A stretch of DNA of 64,000 nucleotides, from contig DATKCT010000149.1 of the NCBI GenBank assembly GCA_035513055.1, forward strand, positions 63,845-127,844, given 5' to 3'. Below are positions 18,135 through 27,808 of this stretch, piece after piece. Source of the stretch: Verrucomicrobiales bacterium. GTDB lineage: Bacteria > Verrucomicrobiota > Verrucomicrobiia > Verrucomicrobiales > DEV007. Made by a program: the position numbers and the translations under genes. Numbering within the stretch: the stretch's first letter is position 1; every line of letters starts with the position of its first letter. The notes beneath the pieces are model-generated. The model was not told where the DNA came from. It saw only the letters and a list, made by a program, of their open reading frames with translations, and searched no databases.

Positions 18135-19592
18135 ATGGAAGCTCAAATCGCCGCCCCTGGATCCGACGCTGTCGAGGTCCGGCTGTCCGCCATACTCCAG
18201 CGGCAACGCAAGGCCCAGCTTCTCTCCGGTCCGCCGGCCGCCGAGGAGCGGATCGGTCGGATCGAGCGCCTCTTGAGCCTGATTCGGGGCAACGCCAACG
18301 TCCTCGCGGATGCGGTGGCGGAGGATTACGGATATCGCAGCCGGGAGGAGACCCTGATCGCGGATGTCGCCGCCTCCGTCGAGTCCCTCGAACACGCCCG
18401 GCGCCATTTGCGCGGCTGGATGAAAGACAAAAAGCGGATGGTCCGCTTTCCCTTGGGCATCCTCGGAGCAAAAGCGCGGATCCGCTTCCAACCCAAGGGA
18501 GTGATCGGAGTGATCAGCCCGTGGAATTTTCCCGTCAACCTCGCTATCTCGCCTCTAGCGGGGGTGTTGGCGGCCGGAAATCGCGCCATGGTCAAACCCT
18601 CCGAGTTCACTCCGGCGACTTCGGAGCTGCTGGCTCGCCTGTTCCGCGAGTCGTTCGACGAGGCCGAGTTGACCGTAGTTACCGGCGACATTGAAGTGGG
18701 CGCGGCGTTCTCCCGTCTGCCCTTCGATCACCTAGTGTTCACCGGCGCGACCTGCGTGGCCCGCAAAGTAATGAAAGCAGCGGCCGACTCCCTTGTTCCC
18801 CTAACACTAGAACTCGGCGGCAAATCACCCGCCATCGTCTCTCGAAGCGCGGACCAGAACGACGCTGCGGTGAAGATCATGGCGGGAAAACTGTTCAACG
18901 CGGGGCAGGTCTGCCTGGCTCCGGATTACGCCTTGATCCCCGTGGAACAGTTGGAGAGCTTTGCCGCCAAATGCAAGCAAGCGGTTGCCCGCCTCTATCC
19001 GAGGCTGCGCGACAATCCCGACTACAGCGCAATCATCCACGATGGGCATGTGAATCGCTTGCAAGGATACGTCGCGGACGCCCTGAGCTTGGGAGCCCGT
19101 CTAATGGATGTCACCCCGGCGGGAGAAGATCTTGGGGACCCCTCCAGCCGCAAGTTTCCTCCGGCGCTCATCTTGGGATCGACCGGCGCCATGAAGATCA
19201 TGCAGGAGGAGATCTTCGGCCCCTTGCTCCCGCTGCGACCCTATCAAAATATTGCTGACGCCATCGCCGAAGTCAATGGCCGTCCCCGTCCCCTGGCGCT
19301 CTACTACTTCGGCCGCGATCCTGTCGAGGAGGAACGGGTGCTCAGCTCGACCTTTTCGGGAGGCGTGACCGTCAACGATACTCTCCTTCACGCTACCGTC
19401 GAAGATTTGCCCTTCGGAGGCGTCGGACCCTCCGGAATGGGACGATACCACGGCGTGCATGGTTTTCGGGAATTCAGCCACGCCAAAGCGATCTACCGGC
19501 AGTCGCGCTCAAAGACTGTGATCGAATTCTTCAGGCCCCCTTACGGAGAGCGGACTCGAAAGAGGATCGCCGCATTGGCTGGCCTGCGGTGA
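18135..19592 (+). CDS. NAD(P)+-dependent aldehyde dehydrogenase (coniferyl-aldehyde-DH-like, class 3)
   Basis: PKGVIGVISPWNFP, VKPSEFTP, the LELGGKSP catalytic Glu motif, FNAGQVCLAPDY catalytic Cys and EEIFGPLLP. Confidence 0.9.
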   Translation: MEAQIAAPGSDAVEVRLSAILQRQRKAQLLSGPPAAEERIGRIERLLSLIRGNANVLADAVAEDYGYRSREETLIADVAASVESLEHARRHLRGWMKDKKRMVRFPLGILGAKARIRFQPKGVIGVISPWNFPVNLAISPLAGVLAAGNRAMVKPSEFTPATSELLARLFRESFDEAELTVVTGDIEVGAAFSRLPFDHLVFTGATCVARKVMKAAADSLVPLTLELGGKSPAIVSRSADQNDAAVKIMAGKLFNAGQVCLAPDYALIPVEQLESFAAKCKQAVARLYPRLRDNPDYSAIIHDGHVNRLQGYVADALSLGARLMDVTPAGEDLGDPSSRKFPPALILGSTGAMKIMQEEIFGPLLPLRPYQNIADAIAEVNGRPRPLALYYFGRDPVEEERVLSSTFSGGVTVNDTLLHATVEDLPFGGVGPSGMGRYHGVHGFREFSHAKAIYRQSRSKTVIEFFRPPYGERTRKRIAALAGLR

Positions 19593-19853
19593 CGTCTTGT
19601 CAGTCCTACCGCTGTTGGTTGGGATGATAATCGGATTGCCCTCGGGAAGTTCCAGTGTCGCGTCCTTTTCGACCTCCGCGCGCGTAAAACCCCGTTTGAC
19701 TGCCTGCATGCCCTCCGGTGTCAGGCCTCCGGGCCGTTCTTCCCCCTCCACAAGAGCAGCATCCGGTACTTGCAGGAAGTCCTCCTGGGTCCAACCGGCC
19801 AGGGCCCGTTCTACCCTGGACCCGTCCGCGCCCGTCCGTCAATCTGTGTGTAT

Positions 19854-19867
19854 AAGGTGTCTGACAC
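19854..19867. promoter_or_regulatory. AT-flanked palindrome AAGGTGTCTGACAC upstream of the GMC oxidoreductase gene; possible operator
   Basis: The core GTGTC-N-GACAC sits in an unusually AT-rich stretch (tgtgtgtataaggtgtctgacacaatatgataaaaac) about 110 nt upstream of the ATG at 19978. The same core occurs twice at 48651-48698. Confidence 0.25.
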
Positions 19868-19977
19868 AATATGATAAAAACAGTGCCGGACAATCGAAGG
19901 GGTGTTTTTCCTCGCCACAGCTTCTCACAGTGCGAACGTCCCTTGCCCCTAGCCGGCTTCCCATCCCCGAGTCCCTC

Positions 19978-21771
19978 ATGGCGTTCCTGACCAACCGCAA
20001 GACGCAACCGGAATACGACGTCATCGTGGTCGGGTCAGGCGCCGCGGGCGGAATAAGCGCTTATGTCCTGGCCATGGCCGGAATGAAGGTCCTCATGCTC
20101 GAAGCGGGCAGGAATTACGACCCCCAGGCGGAAACCCCCATGTTTCAGACGCCGGAACAGGCTCCCCTCCGCGATGCCCCGACCCCTCAGAAGCCCTTCG
20201 GATTCTACGACGCCACGGTCGACGGCGGCTGGACGGTTCCCGGGGAACCCTACACCAGCGCTCCCGGCACAGAGTTCATGTGGTGGCGCACTCGAATGCT
20301 AGGCGGCCGGACTAATCACTGGGGCCGCATCTCTCTCCGAATGGGCCCCTACGATTTTCAACCGCGAGAACGAGACGGTCTCGGCCTCGACTGGCCCATC
20401 ACCTACGACGACCTGTCCCCCTATTACGACCGCACCGAAAGGCTCATCGGAGTTTACGGGTCCAACGAAGGCCTTGAGAACACCCCGGACTCACCGCCCG
20501 GCGTTCTCCAACCGCCGCCCGCGCCGCGCGCTTATGAACTTCTCGTTCGCAAGCACTGCCGGACGCTCGGCATCCCAGTCATTCCCTCTCACCTCGCTAT
20601 CCTGACCCAATTGCTGGACGCCGATTCCCTCGCGGAACAGTTGCATCCAGGAAACCCCAACGCCCGGCACCTCGCCGATCACATGCGCACGCGGGCGTCC
20701 TGTTTCTGGGCTACCGATTGCGGCCGCGGTTGCTCCATCCGGGCCAATTTTCAGTCGACCACGGTTCTCATCCCTCCCGCACTCGCCACGGGAAATCTCG
20801 ACGTCCTCACGGACGCGATGGTTCGAGAGGTGTCGATTGATCGCTCCGGAAAGGCCACCGGAGTCTATTACATCGACAAAACCACGCGTCGCGACCGCCA
20901 TGCCCGCTCCCGCGTGGTCGTCCTCGCCGCCAGCGGCTGCGAATCCGCCCGGATCCTCTTGAATTCCCGCAGCATTCTCTTTCCGGACGGACTGGCGAAC
21001 TCCAGCGGCAACGTCGGCCGCTATCTCATGGACACAGTGGGAGCGAAAGTGACAGGTCAGATTCCAGCCCTAGAGAACGCGCCTCCCCATAACGAGGATG
21101 GAGCGTCCGCCATGCATATGTACATGCCGTGGTGGCTCTATCGAGAACAGCTCGCCGGACGACTCGACTTCCCCCGCGGTTACCATATCGAATTCCACGG
21201 CGGACGCCGCATGCCCAAAGCCGGAATCTTCGACGGGCTCGCCGTGCTCACGGGGGGTTCCTACGGCCAACGTTTCAAGGAAGATTGCCGGCGCTTCTAC
21301 GGTTCCTTCGTCACTTTCTCCGGCCGCGGGGAAATGATTCCCAACAACGATTGCTATTGCGAAATCGACCCCGACCGGGTTGATCAATGGGGTATCCCGG
21401 TCCTGCGTTTTCATTGGAAATGGGCCAGCCACGAACTCAATCAGGCCCGGCACATGCACCACACCTTCGCCGCCATCATCGAAGCCATGGGAGGAAAGAC
21501 GGTTACGCCCGTTCATGTCGACGACGGCGCCCGGGCCATCTACCGGCCCGGGGAGATCATACACGAGGTTGGAACGACGTGTATGGGTCTGGACTCGTCG
21601 ATCTCCGTTCTCAACAGCTTTTGCCAGGCTTGGGAGGTTCCCAATCTCTTCGTCACCGATGGAGGTCCCTTCGTCAGCAATGCCGACAAGAACCCCACTC
21701 TTTCCATCATGGCTCTGGCCTGGCGAAGCTGCGACTACCTCATGGAACGGCTGAAACAGGGAGATATTTAA
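19978..21771 (+). CDS. GMC-family FAD oxidoreductase (gluconate 2-dehydrogenase flavoprotein-like)
   Basis: The ATG at 19978 gives MAFLTNRKTQPEYDVIVVGSGAAGG (FAD GxGxxG). C-terminal HEVGTTCMG...NLFVTDGGPF is typical of GMC enzymes. The track's upstream extension to 19597 is Ser/Pro/Arg-rich and unlikely to be coding. Confidence 0.9.
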   Translation: MAFLTNRKTQPEYDVIVVGSGAAGGISAYVLAMAGMKVLMLEAGRNYDPQAETPMFQTPEQAPLRDAPTPQKPFGFYDATVDGGWTVPGEPYTSAPGTEFMWWRTRMLGGRTNHWGRISLRMGPYDFQPRERDGLGLDWPITYDDLSPYYDRTERLIGVYGSNEGLENTPDSPPGVLQPPPAPRAYELLVRKHCRTLGIPVIPSHLAILTQLLDADSLAEQLHPGNPNARHLADHMRTRASCFWATDCGRGCSIRANFQSTTVLIPPALATGNLDVLTDAMVREVSIDRSGKATGVYYIDKTTRRDRHARSRVVVLAASGCESARILLNSRSILFPDGLANSSGNVGRYLMDTVGAKVTGQIPALENAPPHNEDGASAMHMYMPWWLYREQLAGRLDFPRGYHIEFHGGRRMPKAGIFDGLAVLTGGSYGQRFKEDCRRFYGSFVTFSGRGEMIPNNDCYCEIDPDRVDQWGIPVLRFHWKWASHELNQARHMHHTFAAIIEAMGGKTVTPVHVDDGARAIYRPGEIIHEVGTTCMGLDSSISVLNSFCQAWEVPNLFVTDGGPFVSNADKNPTLSIMALAWRSCDYLMERLKQGDI

Positions 21772-21776
21772 GATTC

Positions 21777-22466
21777 ATGACTAGACCGGATCCTCCCAAG
21801 AATCTCGGAAGACTTGACCGACGCAGCGCCCTCCGCTGGTTCACCGCCGCCGCCGCTGCTGCTGGAGCAGGCGCCTCTGTCCCCCTCCGGCTCACGGCTC
21901 AGCAGGAGAGCCTAACGGAGGGATTCCTCGAATCGCCGCCCAGTCAGCCGGCAGGCACCCTGGCCGACCCGAATCTTCTGGACCCCAAGGTCCCCTGGGA
22001 ACGTGTTTTGAGCGAGACCGAGCTTCAAACAGCAGCCGTGCTCAGCGACGTCATCCTTCCCAGCGGCGGCGGCTCGCCCGCAGCCAGCGAAGCGCACGTT
22101 CCCGACTTTATCGACGAATGGGTCAGCGCCCCGTTTCCAGTCCAACTCGCCGACCGCGAGGTCATTCGCGGCGGACTGGCCTGGATCAATACCGAAGCCT
22201 ACCGCCGGTTTGAAGCGCCCTTCTCCGGTTTGTCGCTCGAACAACAATTCGCCATCTGCGACGACATCGCCCATGTCCCCGCGGCGGCTCCGGAGTTCCG
22301 CTTCGGAGCCCAATTCTTCAACCGCTTCCGTGAATTGGCCGCCACCGGCTACTACACCTCGAACGCGGGCTGGCAGGATCTTGGCTACGCCGGCAACATC
22401 CCCCTTCCTCGATTCGACGGTCCTCCCCGGGAAGTGCTTCATCACCTAGGACTTGAGGAAGATTGA
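21777..22466 (+). CDS. Gluconate 2-dehydrogenase subunit 3-family protein (Tat signal)
   Basis: MTRPDPPKNLGRLDRRSALRWFTAAAAAAGAGAS carries a twin-arginine motif. The gene lies directly after the GMC flavoprotein, as in known two- and three-subunit sugar dehydrogenases. Confidence 0.75.
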   Translation: MTRPDPPKNLGRLDRRSALRWFTAAAAAAGAGASVPLRLTAQQESLTEGFLESPPSQPAGTLADPNLLDPKVPWERVLSETELQTAAVLSDVILPSGGGSPAASEAHVPDFIDEWVSAPFPVQLADREVIRGGLAWINTEAYRRFEAPFSGLSLEQQFAICDDIAHVPAAAPEFRFGAQFFNRFRELAATGYYTSNAGWQDLGYAGNIPLPRFDGPPREVLHHLGLEED

Positions 22467-22506
22467 CCGGCTTCTGTCTCGCCGCTGAGTTCTTTCCAGT
22501 TGACGC

Positions 22507-23247
22507 TTGCCCACTCTTCGGGTTTTGCCTGTCCGAGCCCGCATTTCACAGACCCTTTTGAGCCCCCTCGTCCAAATATCCCTCGACGTCACGTCCATCG
22601 AGGAAGCACTGTCCACCGCGGAACTCGCTCTTCGCGCCGGCGTCGATTGGCTGGAAGCCGGAACCCCCCTCATCCTCGCCGAAGGTTTGCATGGCGTCCG
22701 CATCCTGCATGAGCGATTCCCCGGCACTCCGATCGTGGCCGATCTCAAAACAATGGACGGAGGGTATCTCGAAGCGGAGATGATGGCCAAAGCCGGCGCT
22801 ACGCACGTCGTGGTTATGGCCCGCGCGCACGAAGAAACGATACGTTGTGTGGTGAAAGCGGGGCAGGATTACGGCGTTGCGGTCATGGGCGACAATCTCG
22901 CTTGCAAGAACAGGGTGGATGGCGCCCGCCGGCTCGAGGATCTGGGTTGCCACTTCATCGTCCACCACATTGGGTACGACGAACGCCGCGGCATCGCCGC
23001 CCGGGGTCTTCCTGCGCCCAGCCCGCTTGACCAGCTCCGGGAGATCGTCGCCGCTGTCCAGATCCCGGTTCAAGCGGTGGGCGGTCTCACTCTGGAACAA
23101 GCCGTCCAATGCCCAGCATACGGCGCCCCCCTCGTGGTGCTGGGAGCCCCCTTGACCATCGACGCCGAGGCCTTCCGCACTGCCGAGGGCGACTTGGAAA
23201 GCTCGCTGCGCCTTATTTGCAATCACGTCCACGCCTATCGCCCATGA
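22507..23247 (+). CDS. OMP-decarboxylase-fold enzyme (3-hexulose-6-phosphate synthase / 3-keto-L-gulonate-6-P decarboxylase-like)
   Basis: LVQISLDV...WLEAGTPLI...IVADLKTMDGG...VHHIGYDE...QAVGGL resembles the HPS/UlaD family. The start codon is uncertain; the track start is a TTG. Confidence 0.7.
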   Translation: MPTLRVLPVRARISQTLLSPLVQISLDVTSIEEALSTAELALRAGVDWLEAGTPLILAEGLHGVRILHERFPGTPIVADLKTMDGGYLEAEMMAKAGATHVVVMARAHEETIRCVVKAGQDYGVAVMGDNLACKNRVDGARRLEDLGCHFIVHHIGYDERRGIAARGLPAPSPLDQLREIVAAVQIPVQAVGGLTLEQAVQCPAYGAPLVVLGAPLTIDAEAFRTAEGDLESSLRLICNHVHAYRP

Positions 23248-24272
23248 GCACCAGCCCGGCCGTCGTCAATTTCGCCCGCGAACCCGGGTGCGTCGAACTG
23301 CGCGAGGTTCCCGCTCCCGCCATCGGCAATGAGGATGTGCTCCTCGAAGTCGCCGCCGCCGGCGTCTGCGGAAGCGACCTGCACCAGTGGCAAGCCCATC
23401 ACAGTTGGCCGGTTAACTATCCCGTCATTCTCGGTCATGAATTCAGCGGAACCATTCTGGAAACCGGCCCCGGGGTCAGCGCCTGGAAACCCGGCGACCG
23501 CGTCGTCAGCGAGACAGCCGCCGTGATCGATCCTGACAATCCGATGTCGCGCCAAGGCCTCTACAACCTCGATCCTCTACGCAAAGGCTTCGGCTACGGC
23601 GTGGACGGAGCGATGACCCGGCTCGTCCGCGTCCCGGCGCGCTGCCTGCATCGCGTCCCCGATTCCCTGCCTCTCGAAATCGCCGCACTAACCGAACCCT
23701 GCTCCGTCGCCTTCAACGCCGTCGCCGTCAACTCTCATCCGAAACCCGGCGACCGCATTGTCGTTCTCGGCCCGGGCACGATCGGCATCCTTTGCGCCGC
23801 CATCGCCCGCCTCCACGGCGCCCAGGTCGCCCTCCTCGGGTTGGAAGCCGACCGAGGCCGCCTCGCCATTGCCGAGCAAGCCTACGGCTGCGCGCCGTTG
23901 CTCGATGAGGCCGCTCCCTGGGCCCGGGCCCGGGATGGCCTCGGCGCCGACGGGATCATCGACGCGACCGGAGTCTCCCGCGCGTTGGACACCGCTCTCG
24001 ACCTTGTTCGCCCTAACGGATGGATCACCAAAGTCGGTTGGGGACATCAGCCGCTCGAGTTCTCCCTCGATCGACTCGTTCAGAAAAATGTCCGGCTTCA
24101 AGGCAGCTTCAGCCATAACTGGCCCATCTGGGAACGCGTCCTCGCTCTCCTCGCCGACGCACAGCTCGACGTTCGGCCGATCATTGGGGGGAAATGGCCA
24201 CTCCAGGGCTGGCTCGACGCATTCTCCACCATGGCCTCCGGACGCGTCGTGAAATCTCTGCTTCTTCCCTAA
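23244..24272 (+). CDS. Zinc-dependent alcohol/polyol dehydrogenase (MDR family)
   Basis: GVCGSDLHQW, GHEFSG and the Rossmann motif VLGPGTIG. The ATG at 23244 overlaps the previous stop as ATGA. Confidence 0.85.
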   Translation: MSTSPAVVNFAREPGCVELREVPAPAIGNEDVLLEVAAAGVCGSDLHQWQAHHSWPVNYPVILGHEFSGTILETGPGVSAWKPGDRVVSETAAVIDPDNPMSRQGLYNLDPLRKGFGYGVDGAMTRLVRVPARCLHRVPDSLPLEIAALTEPCSVAFNAVAVNSHPKPGDRIVVLGPGTIGILCAAIARLHGAQVALLGLEADRGRLAIAEQAYGCAPLLDEAAPWARARDGLGADGIIDATGVSRALDTALDLVRPNGWITKVGWGHQPLEFSLDRLVQKNVRLQGSFSHNWPIWERVLALLADAQLDVRPIIGGKWPLQGWLDAFSTMASGRVVKSLLLP

Positions 24273-24290
24273 CTTCATCCCTCGCTTCTC

Positions 24291-25067
24291 ATGGGTCGCC
24301 TTCAGGACAAAATCGTCATCGTCACCGGCAGTTCCACTGGCATCGGAGAAGCCATAGCCCGCCGCATCGTCCGGGAAGGGGGGCGCGTCCTTGTCCACGG
24401 CCTCGAAGAAAACGACGTTCAGCGCGTCGCCGCTGATCTCGGGCCAGCCGCCGCCGGCCATGTCGACGACCTCGAGGATCCTAATTCTGCCGAACGGACC
24501 GTCGCAGCGGCCCTGAACGCCTTCGGTAGAATCGACGGACTCGTCAACAATGCCGCTTGGGTTGTCGCCAGCTCGATCCGGGACACGGATCCCGAGCACT
24601 TCGACCAGGTCCTTCGCATCAACACCAGGGCTCCTCTCCTGCTCATCCGCGCCGCCCTTGATCATCTCGCTCAAACCCGCGGCTGCGTCGTGAACATCGG
24701 TTCGGTCAATGCCTACTCCGGCGAAGACATATTCCTCCCTTACAGCATCTCCAAAGGGGCCCTCATGACCATGACCCGCAACCTCGGCGACTGTCTGCAT
24801 CGCCAATACGGGGTTCGCGTCAACCAGGTCAATCCCGGTTGGGTCCTCACCGAAAATGAGAAAGCCCGCAAAGTTCTGCATGGCATGGCCGAAGACTGGT
24901 ACGAGCATCTCTCCCCCGCGTTTGCCCCCTCGGGCAGAATCCTGCGCCCCGAGGAGATCGCCGCAGCCGTGCTTTACTTCCTCGACGAAGAAAGCGGGCC
25001 CATCAGTGGAATCGTCTTTGAATGCGAGCAGTTCCCATTCGTCGGACGCAACCCACCCAAGTCCTGA
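24291..25067 (+). CDS. Short-chain dehydrogenase/reductase (SDR)
   Basis: VIVTGSSTGIGEAIA (TGxxxGxG), NNAAW, and YSISKGAL (YxxxK). Confidence 0.9.
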   Translation: MGRLQDKIVIVTGSSTGIGEAIARRIVREGGRVLVHGLEENDVQRVAADLGPAAAGHVDDLEDPNSAERTVAAALNAFGRIDGLVNNAAWVVASSIRDTDPEHFDQVLRINTRAPLLLIRAALDHLAQTRGCVVNIGSVNAYSGEDIFLPYSISKGALMTMTRNLGDCLHRQYGVRVNQVNPGWVLTENEKARKVLHGMAEDWYEHLSPAFAPSGRILRPEEIAAAVLYFLDEESGPISGIVFECEQFPFVGRNPPKS

Positions 25068-25158
25068 GCCCTCTGCGCATTGTTGTCCTGTCAGGCTTCG
25101 CGACTCAATCGCGCCGCGGCCAGGCCGGAATCCGTCTCCTCCTACCCGCCCAGATCCC

Positions 25159-26124
25159 TCACAACCGGATCACCCGGACTGCATTGCGCCACAGAATCTT
25201 CTCGATCGCGCCGGAATCCGGCAACAACCGCCGCGCCACCTCCAAAGTGGCGGCGCCGCTGCATTCCGGCCCCGCCCCGCTGGCATCAGCGCAGTCGCTC
25301 CCATACAAGAGCTTGTCCTGATGCCTCTTCAGGAAGTCCGCGGCGTGATCTTCGTCCCGCGTCAAGGCATTGAGACCCGAGCCTGCCGACAAGTCGCCGA
25401 ATAGGTTCGGATAATCGGATAGATAGCGGTCGGTTAGTCCGCCGGGTGTGACGGGACCCTTCGGATAGAGCGTCTCGGGCCGGTGATCGCGATCGATGTG
25501 TCCCCACCAGGTCTGCGCATGACCGATAAACCGCACATCCGGAAACCGTTCGAGCACGCGATGGAAGCGCTCGAAACCGTGATTGTAGGCGCCGTGCTCA
25601 AAGTGGAGCAGGACCGGCACGTCCCAGAACTGGGCCACCTCCGCGATGCGCATCATGCCGGCGGAATCGCAATCGACGTTGAACTTCTGCTCGCCGATCC
25701 CCACCGCGCCGCGCTTGAGCCAACGCTCCAGCTCGCGCTGCGCGTCGCGAAAGTCCGGAATCTCGTTGGCGAAAAAGCGATAGCGGTCCGGGTATCTCTT
25801 CGAGAGCCGCCAAGCCGCTTCCGTTCCGAAAATGCGCGCGGCCAGGCCGTTGGAAGCGCCTGCATGCGTGGAGGACCGGCGTCCTCTGGTGCCGGCCGGG
25901 AGCAAAACGGTCAGGGTCGCTCCCAGAATGTGCTGGTGCTCGAGGAGTCCATCATCCGATCGCCCGTGATAGTTCACGTGCTGATGCACATCGATCAATC
26001 CGGGATCACCGGAATCCTCTGGGCGAGGAGCACAACCGGGGACAGCGGAAAGACACAAGCCGGAGCCAGCCAGAACAGAACGCCCGATAAAGTCCCGGCG
26101 GGTCGAAGGGAGCAAAGGTTGCAT
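25159..26124 (-). CDS. Secreted amidohydrolase-family (TIM-barrel metal hydrolase) protein with a Tat-like signal
   Basis: From the ATG at 26124: MQPLLPSTRRDFIGRSVLAGSGLCLSAVPGCA. IDVHQHVNYH is the HxH metal motif. Later conserved His and Asp residues are present (FIGHAQ, LLYGSDC). Confidence 0.75.
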   Translation of the reverse strand: MQPLLPSTRRDFIGRSVLAGSGLCLSAVPGCAPRPEDSGDPGLIDVHQHVNYHGRSDDGLLEHQHILGATLTVLLPAGTRGRRSSTHAGASNGLAARIFGTEAAWRLSKRYPDRYRFFANEIPDFRDAQRELERWLKRGAVGIGEQKFNVDCDSAGMMRIAEVAQFWDVPVLLHFEHGAYNHGFERFHRVLERFPDVRFIGHAQTWWGHIDRDHRPETLYPKGPVTPGGLTDRYLSDYPNLFGDLSAGSGLNALTRDEDHAADFLKRHQDKLLYGSDCADASGAGPECSGAATLEVARRLLPDSGAIEKILWRNAVRVIRL

Positions 26125-26308
26125 AGGACAATGCCCGGTCTCTTTCTTTTTGGACCAAGACGCAAAACAAACCTGGCGCACGGTCTCATGCCGCGCCACC
26201 GCAAACGCCCGTCCCGGAGCTTCGCGCCCACAGCCTCTTCACTGGCTCCCCGGCAGGTCTTTGCCGGGATAGGAAACGGCTGCGGCCGTCCCGCCAAACT
26301 CGCCGGCA

Positions 26309-27808
26309 TCAGGCGATCAGGTCCCGGATGACCCGGCCGTGCACATCGGTCAAGCGCCGGTCGATTCCGTTGTGCCGGAATGTCAGCTTTTCGTGATCCA
26401 ATCCCAAGAGATGCAGCACGGTGGCGTGGAGGTCGTAGACCAAGGTCGGCTTGGAGCGCTCGAGCGGTTTGAATCCCCATGCATCGCTCGGGCCATGCGC
26501 CACTCCGCCGCGAATGCCGCCTCCGCATAACCAATTTGTGAAGCAATGCGGATTGTGATCGCGTCCGCGGTCGCCTTGCGTCGACGGCATCCTGCCGAAT
26601 TCCGTAGTCCACAGAATCAACGTGTCCTCCAACATTCCCCTTTGTTTCAAATCGGCAATGAGCGCAGCCGCTCCCACCGCCATACCGCGGGCGAGGGGGC
26701 CGTGATCACGTTCCACGTCTTCATGGCTGTCCCAATTGCGTCGCGGAAAACCGTTGTCGTTGCCGGACCAGATTTGCACAAACCTCACCCCACGTTCCAA
26801 TAGCCGTCTCGCCGTCAGGCATTTGCGCGAAAAATACTCCGTTTCTTCCAGCGCATTGATCTCTGCAGGCCAGCGAGTCCGGCCGTGATCCAAGCCGTAG
26901 AGCCGGAGCACGTGATCTGGTTCGGCGCTCAGATCCAAGGCTTCCGGCGCCGCCAACTGCATCCGTGCCGCCAGTTCATAGGAGCGAATCCGCGCCTCCA
27001 ACCGGTCGTCGCCAGGCCGCTTCTCGAGGTGCCGCCGGTTCATACGTTCCAACACCAGCCGCGCGGCCCGGTCCGAGTCCCGGGTCACAAAGTCCGCTTC
27101 CCGCGGCGCAAACAAGTTCTCGATGGCTTGTAAACGTTCTGGGCGCAGGATCGTGCCTGCGTGACTGCCAGGCAGAAACGCCGGCTGCCAGTTCTTCGGA
27201 CCGTTCGACGCGAAACCCCGGTGGTCGGGAAGCACGACAAAGGCAGGAAGATTATCGTTGAGGCTTCCCAATCCGTAGCTGATCCAGCAGCCCATGCCGG
27301 GAAATCCCGGCTCCTGGAATCCGGTAGCCTGCAGGTAGGTCCCCTGACTGTGCACCCCGGTCTTCCCCTCCATGTTGTGAACAAAAGCAATCTCGTCGAC
27401 CACCGGCCCGAGCGCCGCCACCGGTTCGCTGAGCATCCGGCCACACTGTCCGTAATGCCGGAACTCCCATACCGGACGCATCCACGGACCCAGCCCGTCC
27501 TGAAAAGCCTCCACTTTTTCTCCGAAATCCGAGGGTTGCCCGTGACGCTTCACCAGTTCCGGTTTGAAATCGAACAAGTCGATGTGGCTCGCCGCGCCCG
27601 CCATAAACATCTGAACCACCCGGCGGGCCCGGGCCGGCTGGCGCAAAACGCCCGCGGATCCGCCGCCGGAGGAATCTTGCCCCAGCGCTCCCTCTGTCCC
27701 TAGCAAATGCGCGAGCGCGATCCCTCCGAGACCGCCTCCGCTATTCCACAGGAACTCCCGCCGCGACAGGGGTTTTCGTCCGTTTTCCCTCATCCTGTCA
27801 ATCCACAA
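26309..27808 (-). CDS. DUF1501 domain protein (sulfatase-fold, Tat signal)
   Basis: SRREFLWNSGGGLGGIALAHLLG, MFMAGAASHIDLFDFKP, and C-terminal GRDHNPHCFTNWLCGGGIRGG...DLHATVLHLLGLDHEKLT are all hallmark DUF1501 blocks. Confidence 0.9.
   Translation of the reverse strand: MWIDRMRENGRKPLSRREFLWNSGGGLGGIALAHLLGTEGALGQDSSGGGSAGVLRQPARARRVVQMFMAGAASHIDLFDFKPELVKRHGQPSDFGEKVEAFQDGLGPWMRPVWEFRHYGQCGRMLSEPVAALGPVVDEIAFVHNMEGKTGVHSQGTYLQATGFQEPGFPGMGCWISYGLGSLNDNLPAFVVLPDHRGFASNGPKNWQPAFLPGSHAGTILRPERLQAIENLFAPREADFVTRDSDRAARLVLERMNRRHLEKRPGDDRLEARIRSYELAARMQLAAPEALDLSAEPDHVLRLYGLDHGRTRWPAEINALEETEYFSRKCLTARRLLERGVRFVQIWSGNDNGFPRRNWDSHEDVERDHGPLARGMAVGAAALIADLKQRGMLEDTLILWTTEFGRMPSTQGDRGRDHNPHCFTNWLCGGGIRGGVAHGPSDAWGFKPLERSKPTLVYDLHATVLHLLGLDHEKLTFRHNGIDRRLTDVHGRVIRDLIA

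Noticed and set aside
17956-18471. N-terminal ~170 aa of ORF 17569-18471 (minus strand)
   Set aside because: This part overlaps the aldehyde dehydrogenase start and is Arg/Pro/Gly-rich. Only the C-terminal LamG-like portion looks like former coding sequence.
23688-24908. 406-aa minus-strand ORF
   Set aside because: It is antisense to the Zn-ADH and SDR genes, both of which carry clear cofactor motifs. It has no motifs of its own.
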